Position numbers and translations under genes: made by a program. From positions 1 through 64,000 of the forward strand of contig JAAILG010001568.1 of assembly GCA_012026655.1 (NCBI GenBank): a stretch of DNA of 64,000 nucleotides, read 5' to 3'. The notes beneath the pieces were generated by a model. The model was given only the letters and a program-made list of their open reading frames with translations. It did not search any database and had not been told where the DNA came from. How positions within the stretch are numbered: position 1 is the stretch's first letter; each line of letters begins with the position of its first letter. The DNA is from Hydrolagus affinis (taxonomy: Eukaryota). Shown piece by piece: positions 51,310 to 63,576 of this stretch.

Positions 51310-54300
51310 TATAGCTTTTTTTCTAATGAGTCACTAGCCAAATACATTAACTGAGTCTGAAATATATTAATAGGGTCCTGTTTAATTAACAAATCTCAAA
51401 AAATATGAAATTCCTCAAATCCTGCAAAATACTCTGTATCAAGATAATTTTTATTTTCTGATAATGTTTAAATTTTGATCTAAAACAGGCCACAGTGTTT
51501 TATGGAAAACAGTCTGTCAAACCATTTTGCTCATATTATTTATGTACGATTGACACAGTAATGTTGTTAGCATTCCTCGATGTAATGACTCAGTGGGTAC
51601 ATTGGTTAGTGAATCAGTATAATTTGTTCTGAATGTCATGTAGGCAATAATCTACCAAACACTTTTTAGAATTTTTTTTTAGTATAATGACTTCAACAGT
51701 AAAATGCCATCAACAAATGGAAGACCAAAAAAGGAAGATACTTGAAACTTCAGAAATACTGTACTTAAAAAGGAACACTCCATGCTAACACTGAAACACT
51801 ACTCTCCACTTGCAACATTGCCATAAATCATACAAGGCGCCTCAGTTCTATCCAGAAAAGTGTCTCTTTTTGTTCACTTTCTTGATGAAAGGTAATAAAA
51901 CTAGTTTCAACGCTGCAAACGTTTTCCTATGGATCAAATGATTTGTGAAGGTAGTCCACGCAAAATACATCACACTGACGGAAAGAGCTTTTCTGGAGTT
52001 TGGGGTGAAGATAAGAGAGCTTTTGTATGCATCTCATGTGAGCTCTAACTAATGTGGAAATGCCTACTGCCAGCAATGATTTCCCAATCTGCGTAAGGAT
52101 TTCCAATATGATCATCCCTCACCTTGATTAACACAAAATTCACAAGTTAACTTTTTCTTGAAAATTTGAACATCTATGAATTAGATTGGACCACTTTATT
52201 CAAGGATATGAGGAAACTGAAATAGGGAAAGCACTATGGCCCACACGATGCCTTAATTTATATTTCACCCATAATATACAGTCAATTCACTTTACAGTGT
52301 ATCCCATGAAGTGCTTTGAGACGTCTAGAAGACATGATAAGGTACTATATCAAATGCAAGGATTATTATTATTATTTGCAACTAAACAAGATCATTTGAA
52401 ACTTAAGCATTGGCCTGACTAGTACAATACTACCAGTTAATCCAAGTTGAAGAATGTGCTGCTTTGTTCCAAGATGACATGAAATGTCACTGAAAGTCCC
52501 ATCTTTTTTATTTTTTTATTAAGCTAACAATTAATTAATTTAATTGCACGAACGAGGAAGAATATTAGATCTTCCTCATTCTTCTAATGTAGCTCTTTTT
52601 AATACACAAAGCTAGTTCTATAAATGATCTGAAGCTTCCTTTTCTGCATTTTAATTTCTGTGTTATCAGTTTTATCTGTGCTATTGTTCCTTGAAAACAA
52701 ACCTCAAAACAATAGAAGTATGCTTCCATTTTGAGACTTACACATCCATAAAGGATAGTGAAGGCCATGTCACAGGGCACCAAACCTTTACAGGGCTAGA
52801 TCTATTTTTTGTGATCCTTTCATTTTTATGTGTGTTGAAAGAGATTCAAAGAATGAGGAATCCCATACTTATGTACGGAATATATTACTTTCAGTTGATT
52901 GCTCGACAGGGGTTATATCTAGAAAAACAAATCCCAAGCACAGAATAATGTACATACTGTATTGGTGATACATTCCCTTGTTATGGAACTGGCCTCAGAT
53001 TGTCAGAACTACAGGTAAAACTAGTTGTTTTCAGATTAAATAGTCCATCAATGAATGAAAACATTTTCTAATCTTGCATTGTGAATTTAGTTTAAAAAGT
53101 TATTAATAATAATCCTTGCATTTGATATAGCGCTTTTTGGCATTAAAATCTATTTTGTTGGATATCTTTCTGCATTCTTTAAATTAGAGATGAAATAATC
53201 AGAAACCATTCCAAACTCCTCTGATAGTGTAAATGTACAGTATATATTTACAATTATTGTCTAAAAACAAAAGTTGCAACGTTTTTGATTTTGTGCTTTG
53301 CAAACCATTTCAAAGGAATCATGCACCATACTATTGGGAAGCCTTCCTGACATCAAAGGGGCTATGCAAATGTAGTTTGTTGGTGTTGCTATTTAATAAT
53401 ACAGGAAGCTTGGAGCCAAAACAAGAGATAATGTTGCAAACCAGGGAACCAAGTGATACAGTAGATTGGAACACAGTACTATATTAGGATATGGATTCAC
53501 ACCTAAAAAAAATCAATCCAAATGGCAAGTTAGCACTTTTACTGGATTATTTGGGAAAAAATCATTTTTCCATTGGAATATTAGCACCTTGTTTAGTTGC
53601 CTAATAGATACCTTGTCCAAAATGTAGTAGGTAATTTAAATGAAGCAGAATACCTGTTTGTTACATAGATTTATAAATGTAATTATTGATTTTAAATGTA
53701 CTACAAGAAGATATAAGGCTTCCTCTGTGGAGGTGTTTTGATACTAAAGTATGTCTTTCCAAAATATTTTGTTTGCATTTTACAATGACTAATTCAGTTG
53801 AAAAACAAGTATCAATGCCAGTACTCCTCCAATTGACGTCCTTGCAAATGTGTGTTTCGTTTTGTGCAGTAAATGTTTTTTTTCCCAATATACATTTACG
53901 ATTCAAACAACAGTTGGTTGGCTGGCTGATGTCTTCAATCAATGCCACGAAAACAAACTCAAGTAAATGTGAAAACAAAGAGATATTTTAAGTGCAATAA
54001 AGCAATACAAAAGCGCATGCTACTGCAAAACCACACAAGCCAAGCCATACCGCAGGAGGGGAGAATGCACCGGTCACTCACCTCTATATTGCGATTCTAC
54101 TACTCATGGAGTAATAACAAGGAGCCACACCTAAATCTGCGCAGTAAAATAATGTACAATTTGAAAAAGATCATTCTTAGAAATAATTCATCACAAAACC
54201 CCCAAAACTTCACAAACACCTGAGTTTTGTTTTAAAATATCACATAACATAAACCTGGTGATGTTCTCAAGGTCTCCCCGTAATCAGCTGAGGGAAAAAA

Positions 54301-54379
54301 ACACTTTCTCTTAAATCTACCGTGACATACGAAACAATTCTAATCATTTGCTCTATGAACTCCTGAGATAATATTTATA

Positions 54380-54495
54380 TTAGTAATAACAATTCTTGCA
54401 ATTGATATAGCGCATTATCACGCCTTTGAGATGTCTGAGCGCTTCACAGAATATACTGTAAAGTGTGGTGAGTGTATCTTTTGTGGGCGAAACTT
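54380..54495 (-). mobile_element. SINE 3' fragment
   Basis: Reverse complement of the SINE 3' end (CGCCCACAAA..CACTTTACAGTATATTCTGTGAAGCGCT). Confidence 0.7.
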
Positions 54496-54646
54496 TGAAA
54501 TCTGTTATAGAAAATAACTACACATGTTCATCACAGGTAGCCTGTTACACATGAGCTACAGGAGTTAACAACTGGGTCTCAAACTACAATCACAAACAGG
54601 GCAGGAGTGTGTCAGGCAAATGGCCTTTTACAGAATTAACACTGTA

Positions 54647-54965
54647 AAGTCCTGTGGCTCAGTGGTTAGAGCACTCGGCTTACGAGTGCGAGACCTGTAT
54701 GCAAGTGTGAGGCAGGTCAGGGCGAAACCTTGGGCAAGTTTCCTTACTCCACATGCCTAATAATAATCCCTCCAAAAAAAACACAATAAAAAAAATTGGT
54801 CATTTCAATCCACCGCTGTTTGTGGGACACAGCAATTGGCTGCAGCGTTTCACCCACAAATATACAGTCAATTCACTTTACAGTATATTCTAATGAAGCG
54901 CTTTGAGACAGTCTAGAAGACGTGAAAAACGCTATATATCAAATGCAAGGATTATTATCATAATA
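54647..54965 (+). mobile_element. tRNA-derived SINE (subfamily B)
   Basis: AGTCCTGTGGCTCAGTGGTTAGAGCACTCG..GGCAGGTCAGGGCGAAACCTTGGGCAAG..(ATT)n. Confidence 0.85.
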
Positions 54966-55268
54966 CAACACAAACCCCTCTCTCTTCCCTCTCTACCCCC
55001 CTTCTCTCCCTCCCTCTCTCTCTGTGTCTGTTCTCTCTGTGCCGATTCTCGTTTTCAACCACTCCCGCAAGTGCAGCAAATACTTTCCGAGTAAGACGTG
55101 AAATGACAGAGCCCTATCCGTGCTGAACACTAACCAGGAGCGGACTCGGCAAGTCTGAACAGCTGGCGGCGCGCTGCTCACAAGTTCGTTCCGAAAATCG
55201 ACATAGAAACACAGTAAAGAGACGCAAACTCACTCTGCTTCAGAGACTTGTCATGTCGCATGGCTTAC

Positions 55269-55560
55269 CTTGCTGCTGTGCAGTGGTGACTGACCCTGTG
55301 TGTGTGTCCCTCACCAACCTGTCGCACGGTTTGTCGTCGTCCCTGTCTCTCCCCAACCCCTCACCCTTACCCTATCTACAAACCCCCCACCAACTCCTCG
55401 GCCTGTGGCAGTTACTTTGTCCCGAACTCAGTTTCAGCCATTTTTTTTCCTCTGAATTAAATTTGGTCTCTCAAACTTTCCTGATTCGAGCAGTTCTGGC
55501 CCCGAAGCAGCCAATGACAGTGCGAGAGCCGCTTAAAAAATGGAAGCGACCAATGGAGAG
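55269..55560 (-). promoter_or_regulatory. GPSM2: Putative GPSM2 promoter and non-coding first exon
   Basis: CpG-richer region; minus-strand donor CAAG|GTAAGC at 55269/55268 (second donor AGA|GTGAGT at 55234/55233); CCAAT boxes at 55511 and 55550; GC box GGGGCGGA near 55701. Confidence 0.55.
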
Positions 55561-55839
55561 GTTAAGAAGCTCCCCCCCACACCACCACTCACCATCGCTG
55601 AACAGGTTCCCGACGTTAGTACAGTACTGTACTAGTACGACTGTACAGTTAGTACAAGTTAACCCTCTCTCTCACACACACACAGCACAACTCAGAAATA
55701 GGGGCGGATCCGTCATTTCAGTAAAGAGCCAAGTGCCCAAATAATAACTGTTGTTACTCATCTGAAAACCTTTTAAAAATGTTTATATAATTTTATTTAA
55801 AATTATTATTTTTTTAATTTACCCTTTACCTTCATTCTT

Positions 55840-56085
55840 ACCGGATCAGGCCTCCTCCTTGTCCCCCGAATCTTCTGATCCACCGTCGGTGGCCATGCCT
55901 TCAGCCACTGTGCCCCGAGGCTCTGGACACTCTTCGCCCCCATCTTTCCTATTTTTCTTTTCGACCGCGCTTTCGGTCACCTTTCCCCCCAACCTCCCGC
56001 TGGCTCGGCCCTGGGAATCCATTTTTGTGAAGCCCTCTGAGACCCCGTCTGGCGTGGAGGGCGCTATATAAATCCAAGTTGTTGC
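55840..56085 (+). mobile_element. L2-type 3' fragment
   Basis: GGTGGCCATGCCTTCAGCCAC..CTCTGG and tail GGCGTGGAGGGCGCTATATAAATCCAAGTTGTTG. Confidence 0.75.
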
Positions 56086-56292
56086 TTCAAACATATACAG
56101 AAAGTATTCACTGAATACATTCACAAAAGGTTCACAGTGAGGAGGAAAATAAACCACCTGGGTGTTTTGTAATAAATTTATCTGAAACTTCATCAACATC
56201 TATATTCAACAACAACTTTGGTTTATATAGTGCCCTCCACGCCAGGCAGCGATTTTCATATCATAAGTATTATGTACTGAACGTGCATCAAC

Positions 56293-56500
56293 GGAGCCGC
56301 TTAGCGTATTGGATAGAGCACTCGCCTTGCAAGCAACAGCCCCCAGTTTGATTCCTGGGTGGCAAAAACTCACTCTCCACATCTGTTTACCTAGCAGAAA
56401 GTAGGAACGCAGTTGTTAGTCAATTGGCACGTCGTTTTCTGGTGTAATATGTCTTCCCCAAATTTTTTTAAAATAATAGTTGGCTCACTCAATCCACAAC
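56293..56500 (+). mobile_element. Diverged tRNA-derived SINE (subfamily A)
   Basis: TAGCGTATTGGATAGAGCACTCGCC..GTTTGATTCC..CTGTTTACCTAGCAGAAAGTAGGAAC. Confidence 0.65.
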
Positions 56501-57169
56501 AGGAAAACTAAACATAAGCAAACAATTACCAGCAACATAGCACAGCCTTCTCCTTATGTCTAACTGAAATTTCACAGTGGGTACATTATATTAGCAGCGG
56601 TTGGCCAAAGCTAGACCAATCATACAACAACAACTTTGATTTATATAGCACTCTCCACGCCGAACGGCGTCTCAGAGAGCTTCAAAATAGTGGATCCCAG
56701 GTCCGAGCCAGGGCAGGGGTAGAAAAGTGGCAAAGGCACGGTCGAAATCATGTACATTTTGAACACATACATTTTAAACACATTCATCATTTTACTAAAG
56801 TCTCAGAAGATTCCAAATGAGGCTGTAGTAGCTGTTTGACTGCATGATATTTCGTATACTATAGTTTGGTATCCCAAATAAATGGATAGCTTAATACTTT
56901 CCCTCATTGTAACTCATACCAAATATAGGTAGGAGTTTACCTAATTTCTCACTTGTTGAATATATGGAGGTGTAGATTTAGGCATTGTCATAATAGCAGT
57001 GAATAGAACTGTCAAAAATTAATACAATTTCTTGGTTAATAGTATCAACTAGATGAAATTTTAATCAGTTATATATTACAACTAAAATGATAAGCTTCAA
57101 TCGTGTCAAAGATTTTTTAACACAAAATTAAAAACAGGAGTTTGAATATATATTATTTTTATTTTATAA

Positions 57170-57370
57170 AGATATCCAAGCAAAGTCAGATCTTGGTTTT
57201 AATGTCCCATCCGAATGGATGTTGCTTGGAACAATGCAACACATCTCCACTTAAAATTATTAAAATGATTGGAGATGTCATTTCCTAGCTTAAATGGATT
57301 CAAACTCCTGTGGAACTTGAGCCCACAATCTTGACTCAAGTAAAAGGCGAGGACACTAAGTCATACTGAC
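57170..57370 (-). mobile_element. Old Deu-domain-type SINE relic (SacSINE1/AmnSINE1-like)
   Basis: Minus strand reads GAGTCAAGATTGTGGGCTCAAGTTCCA (head) and TTCGGATGGGACATTAAAACC, resembling the DeuSINE core as I recall it; not verified by alignment. Confidence 0.45.
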
Positions 57371-57660
57371 GGTATGAAAAGTGTCAGTAAGTACTAACAT
57401 GTGAACCATATGATGGTATTATTCTGCAGGACTGATGGTATAGTTACTGTAGTAACCTTCCAGTCTGGAATTAGCATGACAGGTTACCCAGTTGTGGTTG
57501 ACAGATGGGTTAGGGGACACACATCAATTAGTTAGCATTGCAAAGCTTTTACGGTCAGATGCGATTACTAATAGAAAAGAACGCCAACGGTTACCTGATC
57601 TACAAAGTTTATTTTGATGTGTGTGTGTTAGTTAAAAGCTAAGCTAGGGCACCCATTCAT

Positions 57661-57980
57661 GGAGTCCTGTAGCTCAGTAGTTAGAGCACTTGCCTTACAA
57701 GCATGACACCTATGTACAAATCCAGGCAGGTCAAGGCAAAACCTTGGGCAAGTTTCCTTACTCCACACGCCTAATAATAATCCCTCCAAAAAAACACAAT
57801 AATAAAATTGGTCATTTCAATCCACGACTGTTTGCGGGACACTGCTGTGCGCAATTGGCTGCCACGTTTCGCCCACAAGTATACAGTCAATTCACTTTAC
57901 AGTATATTCTGTGCAGCGCTTTGAGACGTCTAGAATACGTGAAAAGGACTATATCAAACGTAAGGATTATTATTATTATA
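57661..57980 (+). mobile_element. tRNA-derived SINE (subfamily B), full length
   Basis: GGAGTCCTGTAGCTCAGTAGTTAGAGCAC..CCACACGCCTAATAATAATCCCTCC..(ATT)n. Confidence 0.85.
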
Positions 57981-58259
57981 ACACGATTCCCCAGCCCCCA
58001 CCCCACAACCCCCTCTCTCTTTCTCCCCCTCTATCTTCCCTCTCAACTCCCCCATCCCCGCTTCTCTCTCAAGTCTCTGTCCGTCTCCTCTAAAGACCTT
58101 CCTCTCGGACCGTGCCTTCGGCCACCCCTGCTTTCCCACCCACTCCAGACCTCAACTCCGATCCAAACAATCCGGAGGCGTCTTTCCGACATAAAGAGAC
58201 TGCATATCTAAGTGTAAATTGGTGTTGGGGGGGAGCAGGCGCACTGTCTTGTGAGGGTA

Positions 58260-58523
58260 AAGGGGCCGGGGCTCGGTTCAGCTTCCCATCACCATAACAA
58301 CGGTGACGTATCCAAACCGTCTCGATTCAAATTCTAACCAATCAGAGGACGGAGCCTGCCCTTTACATAATGTATGCATTTATGCCAAGCTCCTCGCCTG
58401 CAGTTGACACCCGCTAAGCGGCTGGGGCTGTTCGAATTGTTGAACTGAGGTGCTGAGTTGAGCGCGTGCCGGCGCCCCAACCGTCAACCGGGACTCAAGG
58501 TGGGGGGGCGGTGGGGGGTGGGG
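58260..58523 (+). promoter_or_regulatory. AKNAD1: Putative AKNAD1 promoter and non-coding first exon
   Basis: CpG-rich; TGACGTA near 58304, CCAATCAG at 58338; donors AAG|GTGGGG (58499/58500) or GGG|GTAAGT (58523/58524). Confidence 0.5.
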
Positions 58524-58814
58524 GTAAGTGTCCGGGACAAAATATAGCAAAGGGAAGTTAATGTTAACGGGAAGAGACGTCTTTTTCTAACTTCCTCTGC
58601 AATATTTTCATTATATACACACATGCATAAAGTATTGGGTTGCTGACAAGGCATCAGATATACTGTACAGACAAGATGCCAATCAGTGGCTTATAATTGA
58701 TGGTGGCGTGTCTGTTACCAGGGGGATAATTACTGGCACAAATGGCTATTGCTCAGGCAGGGGGGTTGTTAGGGTTGCTGGCATTCGGAGTCACTCTTTT
58801 GCGTTCTTCACAGT

Positions 58815-59103
58815 ATAATAATAATAATCCTTGCATTTGATATAGAGCTTTTCACGTCTTCTCGACGTCTCAAAGCGTTTCGCAGAATATACAGTACCGT
58901 TAAAGTGAATTGATTATGTTTGTGGGCGAAATGCGGCAGCCAATTGCGCGCAGCAGTGTCCCACAAACAGTCTTAAATTGATTATTATTAGGTGTGTGGA
59001 GCAAGGAAACTTACCCAAGGTTTCATCCTGCCCTGCCTGGAATCGAACACAGGTCTCACGCGCTTGAAAGGCACATGTTCCAACCACTGAGTTACTGGGC
59101 TCC
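58815..59103 (-). mobile_element. tRNA-derived SINE (subfamily B)
   Basis: Reverse complement of a full head (GGAGCCCAGTAACTCAGTGGTTGGAAC..GTTCGATTCC), body and (ATT)n tail. Confidence 0.85.
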
Positions 59104-60044
59104 ACATCTGTTTTGGTGACTTTGGAGGCTTGGTGACATTAGCTGATGTCAAACCAGCTCCTAGCTCATGTGCCCTGTCCCATTGGCACTTTCATAGATT
59201 AAATTTGGTAACAATTTATCTAGTTGAAGAGGCTTATTTCAGAGTTTCTAAAAAAAAATGCCAATCTGAATGAAGGAAATGGTCAAATATAATAAATAAT
59301 AAATTTGCTTCCTGCCAACAGCAACATATTTTATAATCCAGTATAGATATTGATATTGAAATGCCAACTTGCACAATTGTTCTAATTAACTATCACTGCC
59401 AACCTGATCTGAATAGTATTCAAAAGGATAAATATATAGAAACACCTATACCATATCCAAATTAATATGCAAAAGAAGGTAACTCTTATTCACTGAACTT
59501 TATGTTTCAATGTAATTTAGCTCCAGAGAACAATACATATAAGCTTTATGTGAATAATTTACTCAATGTCATAAATATTTAGAGTATTCATTTGCTTCTA
59601 ACTTACAACTAGTTGCTTAGAGTTCATACATATTGCTTTATTCTGAAACTTAATTTATTCATGAAACAGTCATTTGAAGCTATAGCGTTACAGCCTTTAC
59701 TGCCAAACCTGGTCACCATTCCGCATGTTGCTAGACTTTTGGGCTGGAATGGAAACAGGTTTGCAACTAAACTATAAGAAATGTACAGTTAAAAATAATA
59801 ATTCTTGCATTTGACATAGCGCTTTATTACGTCTTCAAGATGTCTCGGAATATACTGTAAAGTGAATTGACTGTATATTTTATGGATGAAATGTCGCAGC
59901 GAATTGCGTGTAGCAATTGAACCAATTTATTCAAGTAAGTACATTACATTTTATAAACGACAATACATATTCTACATATTCTATACTTAAGATATACTTT
60001 TTGAGTATTAAATGTTGATTCGATTCTTTTTCTGTATATTTATA

Positions 60045-60628
60045 GTTGCCAAAACCCTGTTCATGTCTTTGTCACCCCTCAGCTGGACTAATCCCAATAC
60101 CCTCCTTGCCGATCTCTCCTCCACCATTCACAAAATCCAGCTCATCCAAAACTTCGCCGTCCGCATTCTCACCTGCGCCAAACTTCGTACCCCAATTACT
60201 GTAGTCCTTGCCAAAGTCCACTGGCTCTCTGTCACAGAGGAGATCAATTTCAAGATCCTCACTCCAGTGTTTAAATCCATCTATTCCTCTGCACCTCACT
60301 ACCTCTCTAACCTCTCTCCTCAGCAGTACCCACACCCTCTGCTCTACTGGGTCCAGCCTCCTCTTTGTCCCCCGAATCCTCTGCTATATCATCAGCGGCC
60401 GTGCTTTCAGCCACAATGCCCTGAAACTTTGGAATTCCCTCCCTCAAACCCTTCGCCTCAGCCCCCCTTTTCCCGTCTTCAGGTCACACCTGAATACCTT
60501 TCTCTTTGACCATGCTTACAGTCATCTTTCCCCTCCCCCTGGCATGGCCTCGGGCTCTACATTGTGAAGTGCTCTGAGCCGCCACTCGGCGTGGAAGGCG
60601 CCATCTAAATGCAAGTTGTTGTTATTTA
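60045..60628 (+). mobile_element. L2-type LINE 3' fragment
   Basis: IHKIQLIQNFAVRILT..HWLSVTEEINFKIL; SGRAFSHNALKLWNSLP; tail GGCGCCATCTAAATGCAAGTTGTTG. Confidence 0.88.
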
Positions 60629-61015
60629 ATAGTAAGTTCCTTACAACAAACACTTCGAATCCTATCAGAATAGAGTTTAAATATTAGTTATGAAAATAAC
60701 ACTTCTCAATTGTTCATACACAGAACATCTTGTATGATTTTCCCTATTTTTCTCCTATGTAGATACTCCAGTGAGACACTATGCAATAGAGAAGAGTTTA
60801 AATGTTTTTTAAAAAAGAGATGCAAGACAGCATGGCACAAATAACTAACTGTCCAACAGTATGAGACATTTCCACATATGGATGGGATTCATAGAACTGT
60901 CAGTTTGGTTTGAATAATGTTAAGCATGGTGATGGATTTCCCCATATGTCAGACACCCTGCTGATCCCAAAAAAGCAACATGATTTCTGAGGCATACAGC
61001 ATTTGATTTACAAAA

Positions 61016-63576
61016 ATGGAGTATTCTGAAACACAGACTGATGTTAAGGCATTAAATGAATTGAATACAGATGACAGTGAAGACTCTTTAGAAAAATTGG
61101 ATGATGAGCAATTCATTAAATTTCTGGAGAATAATTACAATGGTTTGCAAAAGTCACATGAAGATCTCGATAATGAATGGATTCAACAAGGTCAAGAGAA
61201 CTCAATTCTGTGGGAGAAATCCTTTGAACACAGTATATTACTAGAGGTTGATGATGATTTCAACTTAAATTTTACTGAAGTTCATGACTCCTATACCATT
61301 TGTCTCTCCCAGTCTTCAACAGAAGATGCTAATGTTGATATTACTACAGGTTAGTATAAGTAACTTTCACACTTTCTCTAGTTTTCTTATGCCATGCCTT
61401 TAAAGAAGACAAGATTAAGAAATGATTATTGATGATGCATTCATATCTTTAGTTCTTCAATATTGGATACAAAAGAGCTTTGGTTCGGAAAATTGTTGTC
61501 AGATTCCAGATTTTTAAAAATGGTACAGCCTTTAAATAATCCATTCAGGAGCATTGAAACTGATATTGCACAATGCTTTGTATAGTGCTTTAATTAATTA
61601 CATTGTACAGCTATCTATGGAGTGGCATTTCTAACTGTTTTCTGTTCTGCAACAGATGATATCAGCAACATTGAAAGTGAGCACAGTTTTGATGATGGCA
61701 AAGTATCAAGCATTAATGAACGACAGTATGATTATAGCCAAGATATTCAGCATCCTAGCAATTCAGACACATATTCTGAACCCAAAGGTAGCTTAATGCA
61801 GAACTTGGAATGTATTTTTTCAGAGAATAGAGTGCAGGATATACCTGATAATAGCACTGACGAAGAACAGGAAGAATTGCCTTATGATGGTAACTTGCAA
61901 ATTACCAATCAAAATCCTGCAGATACATTAGCTTATTTAGACGATCACAGGGCACCATTGACTATTGGAAAGAGCAGGCAAAATGATGGACCTGATCGTG
62001 GGATGGCTAGAATCCTAGCAAAAAATGAACAATCAAATGTGGAAACTGCATTATATCAAAAAGAAATGACTTACACCAGAATGAGTCCTGAGACAGAAGA
62101 TTCTGGTAAAAATAAAATTGGGGCAACAAACCTGACTTCAGAAGATAATGGGAATGCAATTGTCTCAGAACATGAAATGAAATTAGAACACAATAAAAGA
62201 GGTGGTAGAAGATCAAATATTGCAGAGTCACTCCTACGTCACTTCTCTGAAGAAGATTTGGCACTTAGTTCAACCAAGTACATTGATACTGAGACTTTAC
62301 CAGAGACATCTTTTACTGAAACTATTGAAGAAACTATAATTAAAAAACAGATATTATCAGCAGCCAGTAATAACTCACCTACTGACATGCAAGAATTTGC
62401 AGCATTACAGGCAGATCTTTCAAAGCAAAGGAAAGTTCATGAATTCACAAATGAAAACAAAATGTCAAAAGATTATTCATACTGTGATAGGTCTGCTCAG
62501 AGGCAAGCGGCAGATTTACTTCAAACCAATAATAACAACTGTAGAGAAAATCCACACTGTGAAATGCAAGAAGAGAATGAAAATTTACAATTTAATCCAA
62601 AAACGGCATCAAGATTGTTTGAAAAGTTTAAAATTGGAAAGATAATTTCTTACAATGAAATCAAATATGGTAAAGGGCAGCAGCTTTATCCTTTACCTGA
62701 CTTTTCCAAAGTTGCACCGAAAATCAAAATCCCTAAAACCAGCAGTTCTAACAAGTATATTCCGTCAAGGATAAAAAAAGCAAAATCCTCATCTAATTTG
62801 TCATATCCGCTCACCAGCCATACATCAACTGTAGATGTAGTGCAAAACGTTCTGGATAGCTTACAACCTCGAACAATTTCATCGAATACAGCATTTAACA
62901 AACAAGAATTTCTGAAGGATAATCATTCTCCTGAACTTTTCCAACAATTACAGGTAAATAGATTAGATAATTTAATATTCCAATTCATATGTGCTTTTTG
63001 AAGAATGCCAAAGCAACCAAAGATATTTAAAGTTTAAGATTTGAATCCCTTTATAGTATGAATTAAAATTCTTTATATAGATAATGCTCTTTATAAATCA
63101 GAAAATAAACAGTTGCATTTAAACACTGCACGTCAAAGTATGAAGTGAAAGATTAATCCGTTATCAAATAATGTAATTCATTAATTGCAACCAACCTTCA
63201 CTATCTGACACCTCTGCTGACAAAAGGAAAATTGGGTTCGGTAAACAATAATTAACTGCATAGTTTTTTTTAATCGTAAAGACCTGAGCTTCTCTTGCAT
63301 TTTATCCTGTCATCTCATCTTCTTGAATACATTTCTGTGTTTAAGCAATACTAAATGCTATCATATCCATTATAATGCAATAAATGTATACAAGAAAGAT
63401 AAATGATAAGAAAACAAGACCTTTTTTTAAACTCAATTTTGTTTTACAAACATTAAGGAACTTCCTCCATCTCCAATTTTCTTCTATCATTCTGTTTCTA
63501 GGAAGAATTTGACAAGTTATTAATAAAGTATGCAGAAGCTGAGAATACCATTGATCAGTTGCGATTTGGTGCAAAG
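61016..63576 (+). CDS. AKNAD1: AKNA domain-containing protein 1, 5' part (continues beyond the window)
   Basis: In-phase exons 61016-61349, 61656-62953, 63502-63576. Motifs EQEELPYDG, IAESLLRHFS..IDTETLPETS and YGKGQQLYPLPDFSKVAPKIKIPK are characteristic of AKNAD1/AKNA. The head-to-head position with GPSM2 matches AKNAD1 synteny. Confidence 0.85.

Noticed and set aside
54647-58345. Apparent duplication (SINE + CT-rich tract + CCAAT promoter) at 54647-55560 and 57661-58345
   Set aside because: Outside the SINE, similarity is limited to low-complexity tracts and a few short words.
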